NCBI GenBank assembly: GCA_973895155.1 | Contig: OZ316898.1 | Span: forward strand, 4,699,079 to 4,763,078 | Direction: 5' to 3' | Length of the DNA stretch: 64,000 nt | DNA from: Marsupella aquatica | Taxonomy: Eukaryota > Plantae > Marchantiophyta | In this document: positions 27,014 through 39,263 of the stretch, one piece after another | Numbering within the stretch: the stretch's first letter is position 1 | Layout: every line of letters starts with the position of its first letter | The notes under the pieces: generated by a model | What the model was told of the DNA's origin: nothing | Database searches by the model: none | Seen by the model: only the letters and a program-made list of their open reading frames with translations | Translations under genes and position numbers: made by a program

Positions 27014-27780
27014 TTATTGGCTGAACTATGTTCAGCTATGTGATGAGGTCCCAAAAATGCCCCCAAGATATTTTTGTCAAATATACATAAGGACTGCAAT
27101 GCTGGACTTTATGTGATGGGGTCCCAAAAAAAGCCCCCAAGATACTTTTGTCAAAAATACATTCGCAATACTGCACTGCAATACTGGACTTCTATACAAT
27201 TTCCCTTGTTCTAAAGAGACCAAAACAAAATCCAATGTATTGTATACAGTATTTGTATTCAGGCAAGATCATGATGGCTTACTAGGCAGAGGAAGAGATG
27301 AGGGGAACATTTAATGATTTGTTTTCTGTGTTTACTTCATTTGTTTGGTTCTTTTTCACTTTGTTCAGCCTAATGTGACCAACCCCCCTTTGGTCACGAG
27401 CCTGGTTAGTAAAATAACAGGAACATTTAATGATTTGTTTTGTTGTGTTTAGTTCCTTTTTATGTGTGGTTCTTTTTCACTTTGTTCAGCCTAATGTGAC
27501 CAAACCCCCTTTGGTCAGGGGGCTGGTTAGTAAAATAACAGGAACATTTAATGATTTGTTTTCTTGTATTTACTTCAATTTTTTTTGGTTCTTTTTCACA
27601 TTGTTGAGCCTAATGTGACCAAACCCCCTTTGGTCACGGGCCTGGTTAGTAATATAACAGGAACATTTAATGATTTGTTTTTTGTGTTTTCTTCATTTTT
27701 TATTTTTTTGGTTCTTTTTCACTTTGTTCAACCGAATGTGACCAAACCCCATTTGGTCACGGGCCTGGTTAGTAAGATAA
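27014..27780 (+). mobile_element. Rolling-circle-like element copy 2, with four tandem ~120-bp 3'-end units
   Basis: Same 5' hairpin and internal sequence (cccccaagatacttttg, tatacaatttcccttgttctaaa, caggcaagatcat) as 22059-22343. Unit ggaacatttaatgatttg...gtgaccaaaccccctttggtcacgggcctggttagt is repeated 4 times. Confidence 0.75.
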
Positions 27781-27959
27781 CATTTGAATGCTCTATACAA
27801 ATACGAAAGCTGAATACTCTACTCCAGAGTACAATAGAAGAAGAAGACGAAGAAGAAGTGAAGAAGAGTCGAGTGGATCTCAGTGAGGAGGGCGGCAATC
27901 AAGCAAGCAAGGAGGCCGAGAGAGTGTGAGAGAAAGAGAGGGAGAAGCACTGACTGGCG

Positions 27960-30900
27960 ATGGCGCTCACGGGAGTCAAGATCTCGGAGGAGACATACTT
28001 GACATGCCTCACGCACGCGCTCTCCACGGAGACAGAGGAGATCATGGGCCTTCTTCTTGGCGACATCGAGGTATTTCTCTCATCCGCTTCCGCTTCCGCA
28101 CTTTCATTCTTTCATTCTTTCATTCTTTCATTCTTTCTCTCTTTCTTTTTCCTCTCTCAGTCCATCTCTATCCCTTCTCGAGATATGGATTGCAACGCCC
28201 GTACGAGGGCTCCTTCTCCCTGCAAAATCCGAATCTGAATCGTGGGTTCCCGGCCCGCTTCCCAACGTCTCTGTACCTTCCTCGGTGAGCAGTGCCCGCT
28301 TCTCTGTACCGTGGGAGTGCATCGGTCAATGAATGCTCTTGCTGCGATGGTTCGGTCGCGGTATCGGGGCTACCAGGCAATTGAACGAGATGCGTTCGCC
28401 CGACTCTTCGTGGATGTGTGCTTGGAGTAGATTGGTAATCCTGTTGACATGGTTGAATTCTGAAAGAGAAATCTCCGGCAGTGTTAGTCGCTCTGTTTTT
28501 AACCCTAGCTAGCTGGAGCTCCTCAACCTCTCAGTGGTTTATTAAATACTTAAGAGAATAATGATTTGTATAAAAAATGGTTTATAACCCAATAAATAAT
28601 GTCATAATGAGCTCGATCTTAGTTGCAAAATTCCTATATGACAAAATTTAGGTGATTTGCTAAAAAGTGGGCCTTTGAATCAACTTACGCCACTCCCTGC
28701 GAATGAGACAGGTAGATATTGGAATTGTTATTCTTTGTTAACTCGTGGGTAGAACGGGATATATTCTGCTTTCAATTGTAAATGTCAGCTGCATTGCCCT
28801 GGATCTTTGATTTTCCAGTCAAACCTGGTTGATAATTTCTGCCAACACTTCAAAGGGCTGGACGGTAGGATATTAAAGTATACACAATTGAAAAGTAGAA
28901 TCGAAGAAGTGCTTACCTAGGAAAAAGTTGGTTCTGAAAGTTGGACATTGAGCAGAATTTGCATTGGTTTGTCCCGTCTGGAGGAGTATTGAAGTGATGT
29001 TGCTAATGCAGTACTCAGAAGATGGCTCAGCTGTGGCATTAGTATGGTGGGCTGCCCCACAGACAAGGTCAGATCGCCGCAAAGATCGTGTTGAGACAAA
29101 TCCAGAGCAGCTAGCTGCCGCCTCTGCACAAGCTGAAATATCCTCACAGTTGTCTTTACCATAATGCGTTGTCTTATATCCTTGTGTGAGCAAGTTTCGG
29201 AATTGCATGAGTAGATTTCTGGCCAAATACTTGTAGTCCTTAACCCCGGAGCACAAGATGTCTGCTGAAATTGGGCGAACAACGAGAGTGATTGGGTGGT
29301 ATCATTCACATCCCCATATCACTGTCATGCCTTCTCATGTTGGTGAGGCACTTCGTAGATCCTGAGACCACACTGTCCTTTTAAATAGGGAATAGATCAT
29401 GCAAAAGCTAGCTGAAAACCGTCTCATTGTTTCTTGCTTGGATATTCATACTGCTGAGTATCCCTTGCACATCTGCAGATGTGCGGACACAAGGAATGTA
29501 TCAAATGTTGGATCCAGGCTTTATCGGCCTGATTTTCTCTTGTTTTAGCGAAGATGCGAACAAGGTCAGGTAGTCACGTTACTATCTAGTCTGTAAGCTG
29601 CAGGGTTGTTTGTTACTGCCCACTATGGTCTTTTGATTACATTATGAGAATGCCTAATATCGCATTTTAGGCCTGTGTATTTTTCTCACATCTAGGAAGC
29701 AGTCAACTTCTCAATGGCTTTCGATTTTGTATCTATTTTTCGTTTTGTCTTTTCTGCAGTGAAAGCGAATGAAAACTTCCTTTTTGTTTACATGTATGTG
29801 GGAAGAGATAATAATATTCATTTAATCAGTCAATAGTAATGATAATTCTGAAAACGCTCACTCTATATGCAACACGTAAATTCTTCGTATTTCTCCAGTG
29901 TTTCAAGAAAATATGGAAACGAAATTTCATAATCTTTTTGTTATTGTAGACTGTTATCATGACTTAAGTGACCGATGTCATCTAGTAAAGCAGGCTGGTG
30001 ATACCCATGCCCCCATACCATTTGGTAACCTAGCCATTCTTACGGGCTCAGAAGTATCTATCCGAAGGATGCTTGTTCTGAATGATTAAGGTGGGTGGTG
30101 CTTGTCTGAAAGCAGGTTGGCAGAATACAAGTAATTGCTTTCCAATCACAAGATGGGCAACGCAGGGATGTGCCACACTTTAGGGGAAGCGCTATTAACG
30201 TAGCTGCGATCGATACAAGTAGGGCTGCTCCAGTAACTCCGGTGGCAAGCAGCACTGATGCTGAGATCCCTGGCGCGTCGGCACCTGGGAAGGTGAGCCA
30301 CAGTAGAAGGAACATCCGTAAGACACAAAATGTTTGAATTAAAGGGGTGTTTTAGTTTCTTAATTTTAAGGTTTCTTTGACAAGCAGCATGATCAGCTTT
30401 GTCATAATTTTGTATCATTGAAAACTTGGGGATTCCTCGTCAGGTTGGTCAAGGTTTATCAGCAAAACAGCAAAGCGCAGCACTTGAAAGCCTCTTTGCG
30501 ATTCAAGATAGCGAGGCAGCGTGTACTCCTGTTACTTCCACTGCTGAAGATGAATCATTAAGTATGCAGGAGGCAATGCATCTGTCAACTTTAGAGGCCA
30601 GGTACGCAACCACCTGATGTACTTCTCAGACAGCTCTAGTTGTCAATGGTTTCGACTGGAGCTGTCCCTTCGAGACTGTCTGACGACTTTTTGCAATTGT
30701 GCGTCCATTGAACGTGTTCGCACAGTGATTAATACTGTGGATTAAAATCTGTGTGTCTATGTAGTGGTGCAGAATTTATCAGAAAGGAGATACATTTACA
30801 AATAGTTCCTGGTCAGGCTTTAGTGAAATTGCGGTCTCCCTTGGCTCCGCTTGTGGAGCTGCAAAGGATCCTTTTTCAAGAAGAGCAGGCTGCCTTTAGG

Positions 30901-32164
30901 CACGCTATTGCACAAAGCACAGTGTAAGGTTCCATATCATATCAGTGATTTTCATTGGAAAAATTGATGCATGCTACAACAATGCCAGCAGTTTGCCTAA
31001 AGAGTAGAGCTTTTCAAAGCTGTAGTTCGTCTCTAGGAGAAAGTATAATTGGGGTTTTTTTTTTCCTTAATTTAATAGCACTATCAACCTTGTAGTGAAG
31101 AATTCCCCCAAAGGCACACGTCAAAAGGAATCATCTGGTGTTGCTTTGATGCAGAAACGGTAGGATTCATCCATTAGCTGTTCTACATCACGAGGCCCAA
31201 TACCAAGCAACACTGTCCAAGCTTATGGAATACTGGTATGCTCATGGGAAATCTATCGATGTAGTCTTATTGGTTAATTCCGAAATTGACATCTATGTGT
31301 TCCATACACTGACATCCCAAGTATCACCATTTATGTTTACAAAAAAGGCAATTCCTTCTTTAGGTCCCTTACAATTTCCTTCGAAGAAGAATACATAGAG
31401 GTGAAAAAGTGAAGATTTCCTGCAGTGTTCATATGTACATATATACTTGCCGCTATTGGACTTGCTTAATGTTCGTGACTTATTGGATTGTCCTGCCGCA
31501 GCTTATGTCCTGCAATTAGCTGTCTTACAGATAAAGTCCATCAAAACAAGATACGGGTGAGTTCTGTATTATTTCTGACTGTATTTATACATGTAATATG
31601 ATTTTTGTTTTCCTAGTTCAAATGTAGTGATGTTGTTCACGTTTCCTCATACGATAAGTCGAAGTTGAAATAATCGAGTGTGAATAATCATGCCAGTTCC
31701 GTTTGACTTATTTAGAGATTGAAAAGCTAAGACGTCTAAGTTATTTTAGCTTTTCATGTTTTCCACATCCTTATGAAGTTCGTCGTGAACAACATTCTCA
31801 TTCAAGAACTCTGATCAAAGTGAAGGTTGTTTCCTGTAAATGTAGTCAAAAGCTTAGGAATGCTTAGTATCTGTGATATCTGATACCTCTCAATACGTGG
31901 GATGTACAGTCGGTGCAGATGCATGAAGAATCACAAGCCCTTCAGCTCGAACACATCAACACCAGTTCAAAGGGCAGTCCTAGAACTCCACAATCAGTGA
32001 GAAGAATCTCACAGAGAAATTTAGCTCCCTCCTCATCTATTGGAAGGCATCAAACGGACTTGTTCTCTCCATCAGGGAGGAGAAGCATTGGCATCGGTAG
32101 TAGCATTAGGATTGTGCCTGAAACTAAGCCCCAGTCAGATCTACCTGACTTGATGAGGTTTTGA
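27960..32164 (+). CDS. BRCC36: Lys63-specific deubiquitinase BRCC36 (MPN+/JAMM); exons 27960-28070, 29012-29137, 29255-29342, 29479-29563, 30116-30292, 30444-30601, 30765-30923, 31155-31235, 31502-31556, ~31910-32164
   Basis: LTCLTHALSTETEEIMGLLLGDIE; RSDRRKDRVETNPEQLAAASAQAE; JAMM motif VIGWYHSHPHITVMPSHVDVRTQGMYQMLDPGFIGLIFSCF; GRIQVIAFQS. Confidence 0.95.
29138..29254 (+). other. U12-type AT-AC intron in BRCC36
   Basis: 5' ATATCCTC, branch TCCTTAAC at 29237-29244, 3' AC. Removal joins AQAE|KMSAEIGRTTRVIGWYHSH in frame. Confidence 0.92.
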
Positions 32165-34138
32165 TCTGATCCTCCTGTTCTCTGCAAAGCGGTACTCCTG
32201 TATATTTTGTAAGGTGCCATACACCCCACCTAAATCATAACTTGCTATCTGGTATACCTTTCTCAGGGAGTGCAGTTTGGGTTTCGCTGCAAATAGCTTG
32301 GCCAGGGGAGAACGGAGGACGTAAGCCATATAGGCGATTGCCCGGTGGTTGTTTCCGGTAAAGTGATACCAAATTGGCATATCCGTGCAAAATTAAATTC
32401 ATTCGCCGGTTCGCTTCGCTTTGAGGTAACCTCATCAAGCCGAAATTTGATGAAGGATCCCATATCCAGCTAGGTAAGCCTGCTGTTGCAAGTACATTTT
32501 GTATAGAGTTCAAGGAGCATCAAAGTTGTTTCTCTCAATATTCGTGAGGAACCTTCCAAAGAGAAAAAGCCCAGCACCATAAGAGTCTGGTGCGGATGAG
32601 AGAACTTATATTCTGAAGTGGTGGGTTTGATGGCATCGGTCTCTCCACTGAAATTAAGGATGCCCTCAAGGCATTGTAATTATTTGCGACAAAACCCACT
32701 TTCCTGGTTTACACGTTCTCTACTCTAGTCGTTGAAGAGGAACACTTGGGCTACAGTGGACCAATTGTGATGACCTTATCTTATCGGTTGTACCCGGAAT
32801 TGTGAGTACTCCCAAGGTCACATAATCACATTGTCACTTGGCAATGTGTAGATTAAACTCACGTTCGAATATTTCCGTGGCACGAGTGTTAATGCCATCC
32901 AGTGTTATCTTCAGGGCTGATATAAAAGTGGTACAAGTTTCTAGAGTACTTATGTCCTGAATATTTAATATGGTTGGAAGCGTATTTTGGGTTTTGCACT
33001 TGTCACATCATGTCTTCCGCGTGCTCATATCGTTCCTCAATGTTTGAACGTCGTCTGCTACAAGTACCGCAGTCCTTACCTGTGTGCACCGTGTATGATT
33101 GCAATACCTGGATAATTTCTAAAAAAGAAGCTTCTTCTCTTTCCCTCCGTGGCAAATCCACGGTTTCCCGTGTATAAGTCGCTATGATAGCAAAACACTT
33201 GACTCTTATCTATGATAGCAAAACATTATGTTGTAGTACTTATAAATACATGGGGTTTGGGCATACAGTAAATGTTGCACGCTGATAAATGCATGGAGCT
33301 TAGGCAGTATAAATGTTGCATGCAAAGATATCGGGCAAGGGGTTCAGTTTCCAATGTAATCACTAGTCTGATGTGTTAGCCTATAGGAGTGCCTATCGAA
33401 AGAAAATCCTGCATTTTTCTGGGTGTCCTGCAGTTTCTACCATCCAGCTTTTTACTTTGATGAGTTGATGAGCTCAAATAGGGTTGTATCCGACAGCTCT
33501 CCTGTACGCTCTTAGAATGCACTTTTCGTGTTCGTCAAGCCCTCGTCATCCAGACTAATCGTATCGATCTTTTCCGCTCCAGATAGAGGTTGATACTCAT
33601 AACATGGCTGCTTTTCACCAAAATTTCAACGAAACACAAGAATGTGAACTGCCCGTGTATCCCAATCGTTTGCCCGGTTTGGCTTCAGTGGAAACATCAA
33701 AAAGATGTGAAGTGCACTTCAGGATATATAAGCAAGTTTGTCACCACCCACATGAGCACCTGACCCTGACCATTCTACTTGACAGTCTGCACTCGCACAA
33801 GTGAATACCACTAAGGGTATGCGCTCGTTTTTCTGCTGCCTGCATATGCCTAAGGGTGGTAAACATTTGCAACAACACAGATTTGTAAAAACTCGAACAG
33901 AATCCGTAAAATTAGAACTGCCACTGCATAAATTCAAGTACGTTATGTAGCGGTCCTCCTTGTCTTAAACACTTTTCGGCTCAATTCAGAAATGGACGGT
34001 TTCCCAGGAAAATTGGGACCTTCAGTACTAAGTAAAATCACTGAAAGTGAAGATTATCAAGCTTTGCTACATCGTGTAGACAAAGCGCTCCAAAGTCCGC
34101 CCATGAATAGCTTTGCCCGCATATCATCCATCCATCGT

Positions 34139-35858
34139 TTACAGGCCAAGCTTGGTCCTGCGCCAATGCCTGCGTTTAGCGTTGTACCTGCAGAAAGAAA
34201 GACGACTGTCGGTCAGCTGTACTTAAAAGGGGCATTCCACTAGTACAACTGTAACTTCCCCTGGACCATGTAGTCCACGCACAGAACCTTCCATTACCTG
34301 CAGTCATCGCCAGATAAACAAAGAAATATTTACCTGACATGCAAGACACCTGACAAAGAAACCTTGCCACGGACACTTGGGGATGTTCTCACCTGATCGT
34401 GTTGTCGGTCCTCATGCGGATCCAGTGTGGAATTGGCCTATTTTGCCTCAATTTCTTGGCCAACTTCTTCTTGATCCTGAAAGTCTTTTGGGAAGGCTGT
34501 AAAACACCCCACGCAGATATCACACTCGTCAGCTGTTGAAAACTACATCTCCCTCTTCTGCCCAGCTTTCACAGACCTTGGACGTAAAATATCTAGAGAA
34601 GGAGACCAGAAAAGTTAGGCAATACAGCTCAGTCCAACAATGCTATCCTGGTGGAGAGACAGCTGCCGTAATGATAGGCTCATCTCTTTTACTGGAATAG
34701 AATTAGACAGGGATAAAAGATTCAGTTCAGGATGCAGATAGCTCAGAACTTGAATGTCTATGAGCCAGGCAATTTCAGCTATGATCTGTTGACATGAATA
34801 TCCCCTTACGTCATACTACAAAAATTCTAAAGGAACACTGTTTTCGGCAAAACTAGGTTGGCTTTCTGAAACGCTCAATTCATATTCAATATACACAACC
34901 AGTTCACGACGCCGAGAAGGATCTGAATGAAGCGGATCACCCCTCCTCATAGAAAGACCTCATAAAAACCCTCAAGGAGCGTTGTTTCGCCAGCTTCAAG
35001 ACCCCAGAGATAACGGAATAGACCATTCCTCCTTCATTGAGGGTCTATCCAAAACCCAGAAGAGCTTTAGCAATGATCAGAAACTGAGCCCCAAGTCCAG
35101 ATGTGAGGTCCTTGGTGAGGCAGCACAAAGACCCATCGTTCCCACTTGTAGAGCATTATAACACAGCTAAGAAAAATCAACAGCTCTTCGCTCATAGCAC
35201 CATCGTGACTAGCAAGAATGGGACAGAACCCTACACCCTCTTTCAGCAAGCCGAAGTGAGATTCACTACTGCAGGAATCAATACGCGTTCGATCGTGACG
35301 GCTAGTTCTAAGCCCTCCCCAAGCTTGCAGACGTGATTACAGCAGAATCAGGGTACTGGTCTTTTGCTGCACTGTATGTGTGCAGAACGTGCCGATGAGG
35401 CGTAGGCTCTTAAACACAAAGTTGATGTGCACATCAACGGAAAGCCACAAACCCTACTGTGGCCGAAAAAGGCTCAAACTGGACTGAAAACACTTGCTAA
35501 GGGAAGCAGGCAGCCTCGCCCACTAGCTACATTGCTTCAAAGCAGGTTGCCCTGACCTCTCTTCTCGTCATCCAGAGGAAGAGGACAACGAACGAGGGAG
35601 AATGCTTTGACAATCAAAGTCGAAATCACCCAAAATCATACTATGTCACGTCGAGAAATGAGACCAAAAAGTTCAACAAGCCCTAACATCGCTACAGCCG
35701 CAGGGAGCACCACCGAATGCGCACTCCAATCTCATCATCAAAGAGGGGGAGGGAGGGCAGACGACAGACGAAAATGCTGTCAAAGGCACAATCACACCAC
35801 CTCACGTAACAACAGAACATCGCAAAACTGAGATCAAACGGTTCGACGGACATACCAT
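34139..35858 (-). CDS. RPL39: 60S ribosomal protein L39 (exons 35858-35856 [ATG only], 34496-34393, 34187-34139)
   Basis: M|[35 protein letters not shown]|[15 protein letters not shown]. The start codon lies in a separate exon followed by a GTATG donor. Confidence 0.93.
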
Positions 35859-37436
35859 CGTTACAGCTGACGAGAGCACCGCCGAATGCGCGCTCCAAGC
35901 TCTCTCCTAGAGAATTACCGATACCGTGTGGGGTGCTGCTCCCTCCCACAAAGGCGATGGCGATGGCGATGACGACGAGCGATCGGAAGCGAAAGGAGTG
36001 AGAAGCCGAAAAGTGAGAGCGTCCGAAGGGCCGAAAAAGGGAGACAGAAAATGCAATGGAGAGTAAAAGCACAAGAGTTCCAGAGACGACGACAAATACC
36101 AACCGAAGAACCAAACTCAAAAGAAGAGGGCACAACCCCCAAATCTAGAGGGAAGAACCAAAAAACAAAAGGGCAAATACAAACCCCAAATATCTAGAAA
36201 GAATAAAAAACAAGCACATCTAAAGCTTTTCTATTAGTTCGATAATGTGATGAGCCAGTTGTCCACACCAGGTGTTTTAACTAAATACTCAAGTGAAATA
36301 TGGATTTTTCTCTAAGGGGGCAAGCCTGAGGTGGCTAATACCGATGACTAAGACTAGAGATGAGCTTGAGCATGTTGTAACAGCACTGAAGTTCCTGAGT
36401 GCATTGTCAATGCAAATAGTACTGGTCCTACAAATCCCACCGGTCCATGAATGCCTTGAGTTAATTGTTGAATAAATGATGATGGGCAAATAATATCTCA
36501 ATAACAAGGGGGAGGAGCATAGCAACAAGGGGCATAATTGTGAGGGGGCTACCCAGGAATAACGCAGGTGCTGTGGGGAGATTCTATGGGAATATTCACT
36601 TTGAATCAATATGTAGGTTTTGCTTGAATGAGAAAGATTTCATCCCAAGAGTTATTTGCAAGGCACTTTGGCCTCTACTGCATGGGAACTGTTACCTGAG
36701 GCCTCATGGTTGCAAGTCCTAATCCCTTGACCACTTGAGAATCAATAGGGTCTCAAACCTAAAACTTGATGTACCCATTCCAAGGAGAATTTCGTGTACC
36801 CTTACTACTGGATTAAGGTTACAAACAAAGAAGTTATGCACTGCCCAATTCATAATCAACAACTTTTAACCATAAAGGACTATCATATGCCATGGCTGTA
36901 AGTGGCATGAGAGGTTAGTGGACAAAAAGAAGTTGTTGCCATTGAATTATGCCCAACAGCCATTCTTCTCATAATTGCCCTGAATATTAAAAAGGAGAGA
37001 AAATAACAAAAGAGAAACATCAAAAGGGCATTAATTTTGCAAGATAGGTGGGGGCGTGGGAGGTCAAGAGACAACATAATTTATGTAGGGAATAACTTAT
37101 CTGTGTGTAACCATTTCTTGAGATACTTGCTATTCTCATAATCTCTCTGGAAACTCATGATCACTAATCAGGTACTGGATAGGTATCCAGACACTAATCA
37201 TATATTATTAGGTACTATAAAGGAGATCTGGGCAATAGTTCTAGACTAAAGCATGCTCCTCCCAGAATGCTGGGTAATAAAGCTTTACTCACTTTTCTGG
37301 TAACCCCAGCCTAGACCGTGGATAGTTATCCTGTACACGTGGTAAGAGAATATAAACTCAAAACGAATAGCGCAAACAGTAGGAAGAAAATGAGGGGCTT
37401 AGGGTTTCCTCCAACATTTTTCTATTGGACACCAAA

Positions 37437-39263
37437 ATGCAAGCAGCTCGTGCAAGGCTTCCGGCCTTGCTGCTGCGATCGTCCGCCAATGCCAAGGAAC
37501 CCTCTGGCGGCATTTGCCACAATCTCCTTTTCCGCTCGAGCGTCCCACCCTCTCAAGGCAATGCCCACAATCTCCTTTTCCGCTCGAGCTTTTCATCGCT
37601 ACAGCAGCAGCCGAAGAAGCAGAGGGGATGGATCTCAAGCATAGGAAGGATTGCTCTAGGAGGAGCCCTTGTTGGAGGAGTGGGATGGATTGCCATCAGC
37701 GACAGCCCCAGCCGGACCGTGAAGCTGATGGTTGCAGTGCCCGTGAGGATCTGCCGAGATGTCGCTACTGCTGCTGCAATCGCTGCAGATTACAAGTACT
37801 CCCTCTATGGCCTGGCGGAGGGCTCGCAAGAGAGGGAGGCCGCAAAGCACGAGGCGCATCTGAGATCAGCGAATAGGCTTCAAGCATTGTGCTTCAAGAA
37901 TGGGGGAATTTACATTAAACTCGGCCAGCATGTCGGGCAATTGGATTATCTTGTGCCTCAGGAGTACGCCCAGGTCATGCGGAGGTCGATGCTGGACAAA
38001 TGTCCGGTGTCGTCCTACAAGCAGGTTTGTGATGTCTTTCTGGCCGAGCTGGGCCGTCTCCCTGAGGAGGTTTTCGCAGAGTTTGATCCTAAGCCACTGG
38101 CGAGCGCCTCTCTGGCTCAGGTGCATGCAGCTCGAACAAAGGATGGCCAGAAAGTCGCTGTGAAGGTGCAGCACATGCATTTGACAGATACCGCAGCTGC
38201 CGACACGGCTACTGTGGATGTTATTGTGAATCTCCTTCATTGGCTGTTCCCGACGTTTGATTACCGGTGGCTCCTGGATGAAGTGAAGGATAGTGTTCCA
38301 AAGGAGCTTAATTTCCTCAATGAGGCTAAGAACGCTGAGCTGTGTGTCCGGAATTTCGCAACGCTGTCCCCCAAAGTGGCACCCCAACTTGCGGTGCCTA
38401 AAGTTTATTACACGCTGAGTACTTGTAAGTTGCTCGTAATGGAGTTCATGGATGGTGTGGGCGTTACAGATGTTACTGGCATCAAGAGGCTTGGTCTGAG
38501 ACCCGTTGATGTGGCGCGTCTTGTCAGCCAGACTTTTGCAGAGATGATTTTCCACCATGGATTTGTGCATTGTGACCCTCATGCAGCCAACATGATGGTC
38601 AGGGTGTACCCATGCAGCTGGTGGAACATTTTCGGATGGTGGAGGAAGAAACCCCAGCTAGTGCTTCTTGATCATGGGCTTTACAAGACAATCAGTCCTG
38701 AACTCAGAGAAAATTATGCAGGATTATGGAAGGCGCTGGTGTTTGCGGATGTGCCGAAAATCAAGGAGTATGGTGTAAAGGTTGGAGCTGGGGAAGATCT
38801 CTACGTCCTTTTTGCAGGTGTTCTCACCATGCGGCCCTGGGACGAAATTGTGGTTGGTACCATCGACCATCTGAATTTGCCTGACGACCCCCAAGGTAAG
38901 GCCGAGATTCAGAATTACGCTGCTCAGTACTTTGTGGAGTTCACTGAGCTGTTAACGAGGCTGCCTCGTGAGGTACTGCTGTTACTCAAAACAAATGACT
39001 GCCTCCGGGCTGTGGACAATGCATTGGGCGCACCGGTGAACACATTTGTGATTGTTGCGAGGGAGTCTTCGAAGGCATTGGCAAACATACAGGCGCAGAA
39101 GGGATTCACGTTGTTCACGTATTGTACTCTACTAGTTGATAGAGTTGGGGTCGAATTTAGGATTTTGGGTTTGATCTTTTCGACCTGGCTTGCTAGTTTC
39201 CGGCCAAGAAAAGCACCGCTGCAGATTACAGCAGTCCCACAGGTATTGCCAGGAGGCCTATGA
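37437..39263 (+). CDS. ABC1/UbiB (aarF-domain) atypical kinase, ADCK1-like, single exon, probable mitochondrial presequence
   Basis: NGGIYIKLGQH, PLASASLAQVH, VAVKVQH, ELNFLNEAKN, LLVMEFMDG, GFVHCDPHAANMMV, LVLLDHGL. First ATG at 37437 (the ORF track starts at a TTG). Confidence 0.93.
   Translation: MQAARARLPALLLRSSANAKEPSGGICHNLLFRSSVPPSQGNAHNLLFRSSFSSLQQQPKKQRGWISSIGRIALGGALVGGVGWIAISDSPSRTVKLMVAVPVRICRDVATAAAIAADYKYSLYGLAEGSQEREAAKHEAHLRSANRLQALCFKNGGIYIKLGQHVGQLDYLVPQEYAQVMRRSMLDKCPVSSYKQVCDVFLAELGRLPEEVFAEFDPKPLASASLAQVHAARTKDGQKVAVKVQHMHLTDTAAADTATVDVIVNLLHWLFPTFDYRWLLDEVKDSVPKELNFLNEAKNAELCVRNFATLSPKVAPQLAVPKVYYTLSTCKLLVMEFMDGVGVTDVTGIKRLGLRPVDVARLVSQTFAEMIFHHGFVHCDPHAANMMVRVYPCSWWNIFGWWRKKPQLVLLDHGLYKTISPELRENYAGLWKALVFADVPKIKEYGVKVGAGEDLYVLFAGVLTMRPWDEIVVGTIDHLNLPDDPQGKAEIQNYAAQYFVEFTELLTRLPREVLLLLKTNDCLRAVDNALGAPVNTFVIVARESSKALANIQAQKGFTLFTYCTLLVDRVGVEFRILGLIFSTWLASFRPRKAPLQITAVPQVLPGGL

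Noticed and set aside
27300-27780. Palindromic repeats as CRISPR or bacterial terminators
   Set aside because: Sequence between the hairpins is also repeated, and it is explained as tandem transposon 3' ends.
27430-27929. ORFs with repeated FHFVQPNVTKPPLV
   Set aside because: They are read-through of the non-coding tandem element ends.
28480-28700. AT-rich patch in BRCC36 intron 1 as a MITE
   Set aside because: No convincing TIR pair or TSD.
37866-38582. 238-aa antisense ORF
   Set aside because: Shadow of the ABC1K coding strand with no independent motif.
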